Assembly: GCF_037042905.1 (NCBI RefSeq)
Contig: NC_087251.1
Span: 15,626,001-15,690,000, forward strand
Length of the DNA stretch: 64,000 bases
Reading direction: 5' to 3'
DNA from: Lytechinus pictus
Lineage: Eukaryota
This document shows positions 28,001 to 43,000 of the stretch, piece by piece. The position numbers and the translations under genes were made by a program. How positions within the stretch are numbered: the stretch's first letter is position 1; the number at the start of each line of letters is the position of its first letter. Under the pieces are notes generated by a model that made no database searches, was not told where the DNA came from, and worked only from the letters and a program-made list of their open reading frames with translations.

Positions 28001-31000
28001 AAAAGGAATTCTCAGTTCTCATCAAGAGCATCAAACCCATGGATTGCTGAAATCTACAGTTTATCATCATCAACATCATCTTCATGGACATTTCACCTCA
28101 CTAAAGACACTGTAACTATCCATCGCCTTTCAACATCACTTTCGTCATCACCAGCATTGTAAACTATAATCTACGCAATCGTTGCCAGCCAATTTTGATA
28201 TAATTTGGATTTAATACAGGATTATATATTTTTGGATTAAACAGAACCGACTCTTCAAGATATGTAAGATAATTTAACTAAATTCCTTTGGTTATTTGTT
28301 TGATATTTGTTTAATATCGTAACAATATTTCCCTTTTTTTTTCAAAATCCAGCAAGTGTTGCATGAAAAAAAATACAACCCTATGAGAATTTAGATTCTT
28401 ATTTTTTCATGTCAAATTAGCGATGTGATACCAAATTAAAAATTCTTCTTCCAGAATGTTCAGTAATTGTTCAATACTTCACAGCAAAATTTTCATCACA
28501 CTTAATCTGGACATGTATCCTAATAGAACCATGATCTGGATTAAGACAATACTAGTAACTATATGATCCTGTGATATTGAGGGCATTCCTATAAGGATTA
28601 CATAATTCACCCACTTTTTAGTATAACACCACTTCTGGTTACAAAAGATTTATTTGGGAAAGAGTAAAAACTGGGAAGCATTATTTGTTCAAAGGCTTTT
28701 GGGTAGAAAAAATGAGGCAAGTATAAACAAAAAAAATAACCAAAAGTATTTGAAAAAAATATATCATAGTCAGTTCAAAAGCTTTTTAAGGAATATGCTG
28801 GTTTTTTGAAATTTTATTTGAAAAAAATCTCACCTATGAGATATTCTTTTTTATGTTACAATGCAAGATTCTTGTTGCAGGCTCAAAACTAAAATAACTT
28901 CATCTGGCTCTGTCAGACATAAATGCTGTGAGGCTTATATACATGTAACAAGTTCTTATAATTGATATTTATATTTTTCTCTTAGAGCATGTGTGAATAC
29001 CTCAATCAATATTTTCTTACCTCATCTCCCATCATGGTGAATGTCTTTCCAGATCCTGTCTGCCCATAGGCAAACAGACATACATTATATCCATCGAAGC
29101 TTGAATCCAATATCTCACTGCCAAGATCATTGAAAATCTGCATTGGAAACAACAAAATATCAAGATTGAAATAATTTTTCATACTTATACTTTAAGTAGA
29201 TTAATACTAATTTTTAATGCTGAACATCTGGCTCATGAATTAAAAAAACAATTGGATTAGTTCATGACTGTTTCGCTATGGACATCCAAAAAATGGCTGT
29301 ACAAGCAAGGATTGCAACAAGTATTGTAAGAGGATTACACATGTAATTGAACCAACAATTTGAACATTTCAGATCAAGAGTTTATTTATACAACATTGTG
29401 TACATGTTAAAAAATTGTGAATGCATTTTTATATACATTGTTGTAATTGTTAAGGTTAAATTCAAGTGTATATTTATTTATTATTAAGCAACAATTATTA
29501 AAACACAACACAAATTGCAGATTTCTCTGATCTACTTCAGAAGACAATTTGAAGTTTACTCATGCAGTTCACTCTATTAAACAAATCTGGAAGAACCATA
29601 AGTGAAATGAAATAGCTAAAAATACAAAAGTAAAGCACACTTCTATGCACACCTACATGTATCAGTATGTGAAACAAAAGTGCAGTTCACTTTTTGCTTT
29701 AAACAGAGTTTACAAAACAGAAGGTATTTTATGCCAACTTGAAAGACTTCACTTCAGGTCCATCTATTTATTACCATGATTAATATGTGAGGCTTCAAAA
29801 TAGAGACCCACAATAAAAGATATATATAGACATTCCACTTCTCTGTTTTGGGGGAAATACAACTAGAAAGAGGAAAATGTCTAATTGAGTATTGCATGTC
29901 ATCCATGAAATTATTTTCTAAGAAGCACCCTAAATGAAGACCCTACTACAGTTTTGAGGGAATCCACCAAACAGATATAATTTTAAACCCTCAAATGGAA
30001 CCTCCATCCTGCATGGTATTTTGAAATCGAAAATATTTAGAATAAAAACAAATCTGTGTTATTAAGCCTATATCATTTCCCCCCTCAGTAATTCACTTTT
30101 CACGTAGTCTATTTCATGCCTCTCTTATTCCTTAATACCAATTGTGATCCGCACATTTTATGCTAGTAAAGGTGTAATTCTTTCATATTCTTAATATTTT
30201 GGATGTACAGTAACAGGTAGGATAAATCAGGTAAAACATTGATCTCTTGGATCATTACCAAATATTGATCCATTGGCATATTCACACTCTGTCTCTCTTG
30301 TCTGTACTGCTGCTTTAAAAACTCTCTCCTATTTTACCTGCCCACCAATGAAATAATAGCCTCAGTCATGATACATGTACCTTGTCAAAGCCCAGGCCAT
30401 TTTGTGATGGTTCAGATCTTACATGTAGGTCGGCCTCAAGATCTGGGCTATCATAAACAATTTAGGATGGCCTAAATGTTCTAGATGATGAAAGAGGAAA
30501 ATGACACTACCCCCCCCCCCTCCCCATCTATTTCCTCTTATTTTCGACAAGTCTCATGCCTCTCAAAAGCATCCTTGGAGTTGATGGAACATATTTATAG
30601 ATTCTACCTGTATGTTTACAAACAGTTACACTGGAAATGACAGTTGGGTGGCACAGTTCAAACAATCAAGGTTCTCTTTCTTTTCTTCTTCAAATCCTTA
30701 AACTAATGTTTGACCAGTGTCCTTTGACAAGGGGTACACATGGAACTCTTAAACAAGGGACCAATCTCAAAAGCTCTGTAAACAGACAGGGGACTTGGTC
30801 TGTATGTAGATGTAGTATTTCCTACTACTGAGCATCCTTTGCAAATCTACCATATTAGCTTGGTGATGCCTTTGTGTCTTTGCAGGCTGATATAAATCTG
30901 CTTTGGGGAATGGGTTGGAGTGGGAGAGCTGTACAGACAGGGTATTACAGAGTTTTCTCATACAATGAAGGATTCAATGGAAGTCTGTACATAAATACTG

Positions 31001-34000
31001 CATCTGTACATTTGTAAGACTTCATAAACACAATCCCTGGTTACTTGTACCATTCTGTACAGAGCCTTTGTACAACCAGGCAACAACAAATGGACCTTGA
31101 TGAAATATAGGCTTTTTAAAGTAGATTTAGGCCTCAATCATTAATAACAATATCATTATCTATTTTTTTTCTAAATGATATTATGGAAAGGACTGCCCGA
31201 CTATCAAGCTGAATGATTGAAAATACAATCACCTAATTAAATTTAGTAATTTTGTTCACTAATATTATACGAGATGCATCTTACTTCTACTAACGACTCA
31301 AGCAATGTGCAGTTGTATACGAAGGCCTACATGTACATTACATCAGCCTCATAATGTTACATGTTGGCCAACATGTATATCCCACAAAATGCTCATGATT
31401 TTTTATTTTTCATATTAAAAAAATGGAAGGAAAATTCAATGGTGTCAAGAGCAAATAAGATATGAATATAAAATTACAATTTCTTTTCAAGTCAGTCATT
31501 AAAAACAAATCACATCACAGTCCCATCGCATTTTTGCCTAAGGGTCTTGTGACTCTCGAGGAAAAGAATATTCCCCAGGTCAGAACAGCAACTTCACATG
31601 TCAATCTAGATGATTGTAACTACCTGTTACACAGTACATTTACAGGGGACAGAATGAGTATTTGTCTTTTGGATTGGGACCTTTCATGTCAAAGATTATG
31701 TTTGCATCAATGTTATAATGTGTGTTACATGCTAAGAGCTTTGCATGGTTTTCATATGCCCACTCACTGTGCAATAAACATTACAAGGTCATATTACCGC
31801 TCTTCTAATATTTGACAGTTCTAATGGAAGACAGATAATGGTAAATGGCAACAAACTGAAGTACATGTATGTCACGCATGTGTTTATATATTTTTAACTT
31901 TTGTAAGTCAATGCAATTATCTAGCCTATGTGATTTTAATTTTACTCTTAATAACTTATCAATGCTAAATACATCACCCTCCCCCCCCCCCCAAAAAAAA
32001 AGAGAAAGGTTCATACTATAAGTATGAAAGTAGGCCTATATTACCTGTATATATGAGCAACATTTTCAAATTTTGTTTCATATAACTTTCATAACTATGC
32101 CTAAATTGCCTATATCATAAATTATTCATACTCATAGATAAATATATCTACAAACCAGAATATGAACTTAAATACAAGAAGACAAACTATATCACCCAAG
32201 ATATTCTTTTGCTGATACAGAGTGCACTGTACAAATTATTTTCAAAATCGGCTAACTTAGCAATAAGGTAAAAAATCAACACCAACAACATTCAGTAATC
32301 ACTATGTAATATCGTTTTTCAAAGCAAAGGTCACAATGTTAGATTGAAAATAAACGTGACAATTTCATGCAAGTTTACATATGCCTATTGTTTTACATGT
32401 CAGTCGACATCATGTACCCAAGACAGAACATGATGGGACTTTAAAATGGGCGGAACAAGTTTAGGCCATATTGTATTTTTTTCCAGCTTGACTTCTGTGC
32501 ATGAAAAAAAATCTATGCTTGATCTCCCTATAACTGTAAAGTCTGTACCAAGAAACCCATTTTCTTATATCTCTGTAACACTCTACATGTCTACAAACAC
32601 ACAAAAAACTTCTTGTACAGAAGCCTTTATACAGCAACCAATGACATGGGTGAGTGGTTGACTTTGTACACAAATGATAAGCATAGGCCCTATAAAAGCA
32701 GGTTGCACTCACTTCAAGAATTGTACATGTGCCAATATATCACAGGTTTTTGTGTACCGTTGCCATGGAAATGCCCTGATCCTGAAAGGGGTGCATGCAT
32801 TGTGTCTTGTTATGGTGGACCTCCACAGGTTTGACCCCTTGGAGATCATTCCTTGGGATGTAGTCTCATGAATTAAGCCCCTTTCATGTTGTGTTAAAAA
32901 GATCAAACTGGTGAGAGTTGCTTCAGGGGTTAAATTGAAGACATACCACATATATACAGTTTGTAAGCAGTACATAAACTTTGATGAATGATCAATATCG
33001 TCAAAGGCAAAACACCAAACTACAAATACATGTATGATTCTGTAGAATTATAAACTCAAAACTTTAAAGACACGTCTCTTTTGATAATCAAGGGTACAGC
33101 TTTTAATTTTTACAAGTTCTTTATCAACATGGACTTGGTTCTTCCTGTTGTTACCACTACAATAGTAGCTAAAGTTATGTAAATGAATATGGTTTAAAAT
33201 TCAAATCAAGCATATTAAAATTCCCAAATTATTTCATGTACTTGCATATAAAAATCAAAACTAAGGTCTGAATTGGAAGTCTAACCTGCTAAATAGAATG
33301 ACAGTTGAACTTGGTGAATTGTGAAGTTTTTACAGACATGAGAGTATTTCTGAGTTTCATTGGAATAGTTTGTTTTGATCAGTCACATACCAGTGCATTG
33401 GGATGCACTCTCAAATTACGACGACACCAGATATGAGGAATGATTTGAATCTTGGCAAGATGCCGAAAGTAACCGTTGAATTCTGCTAAGAACGTAGCTA
33501 AATTACCCTGCTAGATCGTTAAAGAGTTTATGGTTTCTATTGTGTTCCTACCTTAGCTTTTAACTTATTCACTTTCTCCAGTCAATCTATCCCATACCCT
33601 TTCAAGTTTCAATCTTTTTCCTCTGCTTTTTTCTTCTGTCTTTATTTTGATTAAGTTTCTTCGGTTGATGTGATTTGCTTTTTTTATATGTGCTGTGATT
33701 CTGATGAAATCAACAATATCCTTATAGTTTCAAAAGAAGTGCTAGTGTAGACAAACTAGATTGCTCAATTTCCCAACATAAAGATATTGTCAATTTATGG
33801 AAATAAGTTTGATATATAGACCTACACAGTCAAGAATTTTTCCTGTAAACTTGTTATTTTTCTGCCTCATTCATTGCATAACAGACAAAACCTGCAAATT
33901 CAACAAACAAGATCAGAACACAAGTAATGTTACCCTTGTTTCGCATTTCCTTTCAAATGCAATACATTATATTATGACACTGGTATACATGTACACGTAT

Positions 34001-37000
34001 ATACCTTCTTACAATATAGTGTACCATATTATATTATGATCTTATTGTTCACCAAAAAGTCACTGACACCAATAGTCCAATATGTACCTGACCAAAAAAA
34101 ACAGAAGATGTTGTAACGGTATAGACATAGCAGGTGCTAGGTGAGAGATCTGATTGGCAATTAGGACGAGAAGATAGGTCGCTCATCAAATCCTTGTTTA
34201 CTTGCTCTAGCTAGCTCATTCCTTGCATGTTGAATAACATTAGCTGTGTTCAGATGAGACTTTATAATCCTAAGTTATGTAACTGATAGAGGCCTACTGC
34301 TAAACACAAAGGACAGGCCTAAACAACATTTACACTTCTTGTATTAAAGGAGAATGAAACCCTTGAAACCAGCTGAATCCATATCAAAGAGAAAAATCAA
34401 AGAAACATATTGTTGAAAGTTTGAGGAAGATTGAATGAATAATAAGAAAGTTATGAGCATTTGAATATTGAGATCACTAATGCCATGTAGATCCTCCCAT
34501 TGGCAATGCGACCAAGATCTGTGATGTCACACATTACTTAAGTTCTTATTTTACTTATATTCTCACTTTTATAGAGTCTATCACAAGGTGAGGTGTTCTC
34601 TTTATGAGAGGACAAGTACAGAGGTTTCACAACATTATATCATTGAAGAATCGTTTGTCATATGATTAGAATGAGCAAAAAGAGATGTTTTGGGGTACAT
34701 TTTCAGTGTCCAAAAGGGGAGAGTTGTTCATCTGTGACATCATAGATCTTGGTCGCATTGCCAATGGGAGGATCTCCATAGCATTAGAGATCTCGACATT
34801 CAAATGCTCATAACTCTTCTATTGCTAGTCCTATTTTACTCAAACTTTTGTTGATCTTTTTCTTTGATTTTTCTGCTTTCACAAAAGCTAACTTGCTCCA
34901 AGAGTTTCATTCTCCTTTAATTACAAATTTGGCCTAGTCCTAACCAAGAAATCCAACAATTTGAGCAAGGAGGCATGAGTGGTATTTGCAATGACAATAA
35001 CTTCATGAAGTTTAACATGTTCTTCTCCTTTGTGTTTTGTATGATATTTGGAATAGTCAACTATACAGTGCGTATCAAAAAAAGTTTACACTTAGAAAAA
35101 ATCCTGTAGAATTATACATTTGTGATATCCTGAAGAATTTTCCACATTTTAATATTGGTACAGATCCATTTAAGCAAATGACGATATAACTGTCAAAAAA
35201 TATTTCCGCTTGAGTGAGCACCACTTACTTTTGAAAAGTTAGTGAAAAATGATTTGCGCAGAACTTTGAAATAGTTATGCAAATAAAAGTAGCCCTTAAT
35301 CATGAAGAACACGTGGAATTTAGCTAGTAAAAGTGATTTTAAGATATTTTTACCTTTTTTAACCCGTTTCCTTGCCCCAAAACACTTTGAAGAGTGCATT
35401 AGGGCCACTCCCCCACACACCGAGGCCATCGTGACGATATTTGCTTTACACTGAGCTGTGATTTACATGAAATGGCTTAGGCTTGATTTTCATTTTGTTA
35501 ATCATTGTCAAGCTTGGAAAAAGTGTGGAGAAACAAGTATTAAATGAAAAATGAAATGTAAACCCACTTTAAATAAAAACTTAGTAAAAAAATGCTGGAG
35601 ATGTCTGATATATAAAACTTTTGTTCAGATTCAGTTATGTCCTCAGATCCAGCTGGCACAAAAAGGGTAAAGGTTGTGCTTAACTAAGTGTTTCAATTTC
35701 AATTTGGGTGGCAAAATTATTTTTATACAAAATGCTTGAATGTATCCGTTTTATATCAATTGACTAAAAGTGCAAGGAAAATGTATGAGAAATGTTTCGC
35801 AGGGTAAGTTTGATTTCCTCTTTTCCCCTAGACACAGCGTGAAAACAAGCATTTCTGCGCAAAAAGATTTCTGCGAACTTTACAAAAATTGACAGTGCTC
35901 ACTCAAGTGTAACATTCTGTCAAAAATTTTACTTTCATTGGATGGATAAGACCCAAACCCAAGATTGTATGTGAAAAAATTACCCACATGTAGTAAAATT
36001 TGTAATTCCCAGGGCTTTTTCAAAGTGTAAACTTTTTTTTGATACGCACTGTAGAATGTGAATTTATGTTATTCTTGAAGCTTCTGGAATAAGTACCTAG
36101 TGGTTCAAATTCTTTATTAGTGCAACATGAACACAGTCACATGTAATATGGTTGAATGAAAGTGGGGGACTGAATGGGGGAAGACCATTTAGAAATAATT
36201 CTTGTTATGTCCAGAGGGGGACAAACATCACTGATGCATGCTACATGTAAGTGCTGATAAATCGTCTCAAATACAGGGAAGGAGGTATTTTTAAAAAAAA
36301 ATGCAAAAATCAAGAATAGTAACATGAATATCAGAGCTGATAAGAAAGATAAGAGTAAATAAGATGGATATCAATGGCATTTGCTGTAAAGGGTTTAAAA
36401 AATCGGAGATGTACTAGAGGTTTCACTCCTGTTCCATATATAGTAATCGGGTATTGCGCAACTCCAATTAGTATACTTTCAGAAAGCAATTTACATAGGT
36501 CCTAACTGTAACATGGCATCCCTGCCAAGCAATAAACTAGCAAATAAAATTGCTGTATTGTTTGTTATAACTTGTATACATAAAAATATTACATAAATAC
36601 ATATTTAATTAAATATATTGGAGAAAAAAGAAACATTGCTTAATACTTTAAAAACATTTATTGCCAGAAAAACTATTACATCTTTATTGCCATAACTACT
36701 GTATCAACGTCAACAAACCCACAATGTGTCTTCATTCGCAGATTCTAATCTCTTACATGTAGATTTACAATAAGGATTGAAGAAGAGTTCAACATACAGG
36801 GCAGACTAGAGAGGGAGGGAGGGAATTGCACTTTCAGTGGGGGGTTCTTGCATTCATTTCCTCTCTGCGTCTGCACTCAGATAAAGGTGAAGAATCTACT
36901 GGCCTCCATGACCATAAACTCATGAATGCTATCAAACACTCAATAAAAATACTGGAAGAATGTCAGGTACTGTAGGCATTGACAACTGCCGAGTTTCTGT

Positions 37001-40000
37001 GAAAACGCTTTTTCAAGGACATTTCTCATATTTTGTATTCCCCTTGGAGAATTACATTGCGATATAAATCTTGTGTCTTTCCCTGGATATATGATAAACA
37101 ATGCATGAATAAGGTATTGGCTAATTCATCGTTCCACACAATACAATTTGTTTATAGTATGTAACAATTAGCACTTAATAATATTCAAAGGGATAAGTTA
37201 CTGTAAATTATTTTCAAATTACTGAAATGAACATCTTTATCTCAGTTTTATTTGAAAAAGAAATGCATGATTAAATTTGCATGTACAGAGCTTTCAATTA
37301 TCCATAAAAGAGTGGCTTTAAAGTCCACTCTGTGCCATTCAACTCTGCATATGAACAGTTGCTTCTTCATTTTTTTCCATGTTCATACTTCATCTTACCC
37401 CCTGCAGAGCTTAATCCAATACAGACATCTGGAGCAAAGCTGCAATCAATCACACATGTACATTGCAGCGGCAAATGGCTTTTGTATTAGATTGAATGCG
37501 TGAAATCACAGGCACAGAACCATATATTGTTTGTCAACACACGTATAACACCATTAGCAGTTTTAAAGATAGTTCCACGTAGCACAAGCAAATATTACAT
37601 ATTGTAATTCTAACTGTTCTGAGTGATGTATGGAAGAAAAATGAGTATAAAGCTTAGATTTGAATCCCCTAAAAGCATACAAAATACCAGTACTTGTGAA
37701 TTAACTGATCATAGGCCTATACTTGACTCCATATTTGTTTAAAGCAAAATGAGAAACAAGTCTTCATACTTTTCTAGGCATTCAATATAAAATGCATGAA
37801 GAGTAATACCTCAGTCGTTTTTAAAATTTTTGAACCAGCTCTATATAGGTGGTTTGAATTAAAATAAATAAAATGGCTGTTTTAGACTCGCCGTTTGGCC
37901 GCCGTAGAGAAAGTGTGACCGAGGTATAAGATGTAGCATCATTATCCTGATAATCTAGATCATCATCATCATCACCACCAATAACATCATCATCACTATT
38001 TGATAACATCTTATAGTCATCTGATAAGCACTACATTAAAGTAGATTATAATTATCATACTTTTGTCCGGAAACAATGGATTGTTTCATTTGCAAAAAAA
38101 CAGTAAATAATAGATGATAACAAGTTAAGTTGTAAAGAAAGAAGTTATTATTTTTCAGTAATGCATGATTCCAATCTTTTCTGTCCCAATCCAGTTTGTG
38201 GTTTTGATTATTAAGAAAAAAAGGTTTTATTGCTGGTGCTTTATGATATATATATCATTTTATAAATGTTCATTTTTAACCAATTAAATACAAAATGCTT
38301 TTAATGTGTCAACCCAGCATGTAATAACTCATCTTGTGTTCCAAACAATTTAACACCAGTAGTCTGCATCAATACCATGATCAGACCAATCCAGTTAATC
38401 AGCAAAGAGGACTCAGTTCCTGTTGAAAGGAATTAGATGTCTAAAGGAGATTCTTACATGGAATAAACAGGATTAATTTTGAGCTTTATACCCCTATCCT
38501 AATCCCATTTTGACACTATACAAAACAGTTTAGGCCGTGTTTATGCTTCCACTTTTCAGGCCAGAATCAGCGTTTCCAAACGTGATTAGTCCAAAACACG
38601 GTTGCGTACATGCTTACTTTGATTTAAACGCTGTTTCGTAAACTCACAAAAAGGTGCGTATGTAAACGTAGTTTGACCAGAATCAGGCTTTATGGGGAAG
38701 TATAAACAGAACCACGATCGTAAACGTGTTTAAATGACGCCATTTGGTACATGCTTCCAGTGAGATGAAAATCCGCGGGCAAATACAGTCGCATTGCTCC
38801 ATGGTCGCATGTTACCTCCATGGAATTACCTCTCATCTCCCTTGTTTTGCATGTGTAGTACTATTACTAGTATTACTCTTCCAATTTGTCATCACGATGA
38901 ATGTTGAGGGATTTACACCCAAAAAAAAAGAAAAACCCTGGAACGTGAGTTATAATGAGGAGACATCGCCAGATGCCCCAGTAGTATAAACAAATAGATA
39001 TTTTATTATTTTGCATACTTAATATTCTTTATTTTTCTTACTATTATCCTCACCATGGTGGAAATTATATGGCTATATCAAGAATGACTAAAATATCGGA
39101 AATTGTTCGATGTTTATATACCAGTTGACGTACCTTCCCCATAACAACACTCGGAAAGAAAAAACTTTCGAAAAAGGGCGCGCCAAATTTGACCTCGCTT
39201 TCCTGCTCAACGAAAATTACGATGCGAAGCCAGCTGGAGATCGTGATTTCGTCTCTGAAAAGTTAAGCATAAACAGCACTCCCAGAACCACGTTTACGAT
39301 CGGCGTTTTGAATCGACGTTTGAAAACGCTGATTCTGTCCTCGCAATGGAAGCATAAACACACCCTTAGACTGAGGATAACAGCTTGCATCAGATTAGAG
39401 AAATCTAACTTGGGTTTTCCCTGATTATGGTATATGTAGGCATTCATGTACATGTACATGTAGGCCTATCCCCAGGGCTACATCAGCTTAAAAAAGAATG
39501 ACAAGGCCTTCCAGCATTTCACTGTGAGGAATGAGGATCTAAAGTTTTTAATATACTTTCGTAAATTAATGCTCTTGAGTACAACTTGAATAATCTTTCA
39601 TTGGTTTCATTTCTAAAAGCATGGACTATAAAAAGAGATCTTCAACCCTTCTGACGCCACTAGCTTCCACATCAAAACAATGTTTCTACATGTATATTGT
39701 AGTTGGGAGTACTGAAGAAAATGTGAATAACAAGATCAATAAAATAAATTATTGCAACATTTGACCATTATTTTTCATCATCAAGAAACAAAATTGTGAC
39801 TTACAAAAAGGAAAATTCAAGTGAAAAAAAAAAGAAAGTGGACTCAGCATTCTGCATGCATGGATTTTCCCCCTTAGCCCTACATATGTACATGTAGGTA
39901 AACTTCTGCGCATTCAAAAGTATGACACTGCTCCAGAGAATCCCAAGCACTAACTTGGGTATTATTTGAAAAAAAAAGTTTGCCTCTCTCACCAATCATC

Positions 40001-43000
40001 CCCTTGTTTGTACACATCTCACCCTCTACATTACAACCGATACAGGTATTCTTTAATAGCCCCTTATTTCATGCCCATCCTATTCATAACCATCTCCATT
40101 TACAACAAGTTTGACCACACCTTTGTGTTAAGCTACTGAAGTAATAAAGACACCAGGCCTGCCATTGAATATCTTCCTATTATTCTATTGAAAAGGAAAG
40201 CTTGAATACCAGTCGAAGTGGGACTCTGCAATCAAGGTATAATCATGAAAGGGTGAGGATGGTATAGATCATCGGAGTTAGGCCTACATAAGTGTAGGTA
40301 CAGATTAAGCTCTGATAAGTGATAACCCAAAATGACCTTGCCATGAGCAAGTTCAAAGTCGTGTTTTCACTTTAACTGTTGATTAATTGAATTTTGATAT
40401 ACTGGTAATGTAAATATTGTGTGCAATGAAATAAAAATAAGTGAAAACCAATAATGGATAATATTGGTCTATTGCTCGAGAATACTTCTTCATCTCCATC
40501 TTCTTCTCTGACCATTGAGCATGTGTCATTTCATATTGCCTAATCAAATTCAATATCTTTCTACTTAATCAACATAGAATGAAAAAATATATAGACTTAT
40601 TAAAACACACTAATAAAATATCTATAGGTAAATGGGTAATGCATGAATGATGCTATGAATCATTTTTGCTTTTCAGAAGTTTTACACTATGTTTCTTCAA
40701 AGTGACTAATAAATTTTGAAACTGATTTCAAGGATGGCCTATATCATATCCAGGCCTGGTCATTGTGACATCATACCTTAAAATAGACCATGAGGACATG
40801 AACAAGAACCCTGCTACCCCCATCACTCACTAATTCCATTAGGCGTACATACATGTTAGTCTAATATCCCTAACTTCAATCCCAAACTCGTCAGACATCA
40901 TCCCACCTCAGCCTCTCCATACATCAAAGGGATGAGAATCACAAGATATACTAGTAATATGACGTGGAACACTGTTTTTCTCCTTTACTCTCTGAGCTCA
41001 ATATTTCTTTTCTTTCCATCTAAAAATATCTGATGAACGACGACGACGCTCTTTCCAGGGCAGGGATGAGTCAGTAATTTTAGAACTTGTACAACAGATG
41101 TATACGTAAGTGTCTTATCAGCTTCACCTTTTTGGTGATTTTTATTTGGGTTAGTTTTGTAGTATGCTTGAATTTTTTTATTAAGTCAAGGTACAGCTAG
41201 CAATCAAATAATTAAAAAAAAATCCACTCTTCCTCCTTAACTTGTACAACTTGGATTTTGGAACCAAAATTTGATGAGCATCAGTGTTCATTTTGTGATT
41301 ACTGATGTTCATAATAGCACTGTAAAAGTGCTATATGCATTGATTTGATTTCATTACAGTGGAACAACTTTCCTCATCTAACTCTGCTTTATTAATGTCA
41401 TAAATTCCCTACAGCTAGCTAGATAACACTTTTAATAATCCAATTTTAGAAATACATCTCTGCTAGAAGCACACTGACATTCACACTCAATGCTACTTTC
41501 CTTAATAAATATGTCAGGATTAATAATTAGCTTTCAATTTAGGCACAAATATGTAAAATGCTTGATTGCAAAGTGGAAAGTGCATTGTACTAAATCCTTG
41601 AAAGAAATTGGTAGATATTCTCTGATTTCTGTGTACCTTTGAGGAGAAAGGACAATTTCATCTTCCTGTGAACTCAGTCAATAAAACCTGGTTACCAATA
41701 AATGGCACGGACATAAATTCCCATCCATTTGCGCACAACAAAATCAAGAATACATCCACATTATAGGCCTACAGTGTATGTACAGGAAAGTGAAAGATAT
41801 ATTTGTTTGTAAAATTACCTACAGTTGAATTATGGAAAGCAGTTCAATGCGAAAAATGCAACAATTTTTATCTACAACTGATGCATTATGAAAATACAAA
41901 TTATTAATGAAAATATAAGTATGTGTAGGTTACATGCCCCCCCCCCCAAGTTATATGCAAGTACTGTACATGTACTTTAGTGTCTCATACTTGTAGAAGT
42001 AGTAAGTGTAAAGTTTATGAGTTAAAATGTGCATGCCGACAAATGTACCCATAAATCAATTTTAACAAGGGAGAGATGAATAAAAACATTGAACTTCGAC
42101 ATTTTGTAGTCTGATGAATAGCAACCTGTAGTGTCCAAACGAATGGAAAAATAACCAAGACTATGTGTACATTTAAATTACATACATCAATAAAATGTGT
42201 TCCCACTTTTAATATAATACAAGGACTTTAATGTAAATGATTACACAATATAGCCCTTGGCTCTACATAATAATCACAGTACTGTATACTGTTGGTGCAC
42301 ATCGTGTCCACTTTCCAGTGGTCCAATTTTCTCTCTTCATTGTTCATGGTCACACATTCATTCACAACTTTGAGCAGTAAATATAGTCAATAATTATTGA
42401 TCATTTCATTTTCATCATTGGGAGAGATTTCGAAACAATCTGTATGGTAACAGTTAAATGTTAATAGAATTGAATAAACAAGATGCTAATTGATGTACGT
42501 AGACCTACACATACAGGCCTATAGTCTCTGGTATAGAGCCATAGTGATGGAATCATCATTTATAATTTTTATTTTTACGGCTCTAATGTAAAAATAATAA
42601 TAATAATACTTACATGTACAATGTTTACATGTAGGATATGTACAGGTTTACTTAATCATTGCCCAATATATTTTGGCTAATCTAAAAATATGAATTTATT
42701 TCTGTCATGGTTCTACTTAATATCAAAATAATTTGTTTACATGTAGGTCTTTGACAAGCCATGATCCGCAAGCTACATACGTATATTTCACATGCATCTT
42801 TAAACAGCCTTTCATTTTTCCCATTCAAACTACCAATTGAATGGACTTTAATATATTCTGGAACAGTTCAAGATCTTTCATCTACATGTATCAGAAAATT
42901 AATTCTATAGATTCATATCAAAGCAGCTTCCGACTTTTGACTTTCCGGTTGAAATTACACTGCCTGCCTTTGTCCTTGGGCGTGTCTACTATTCCAGTAA

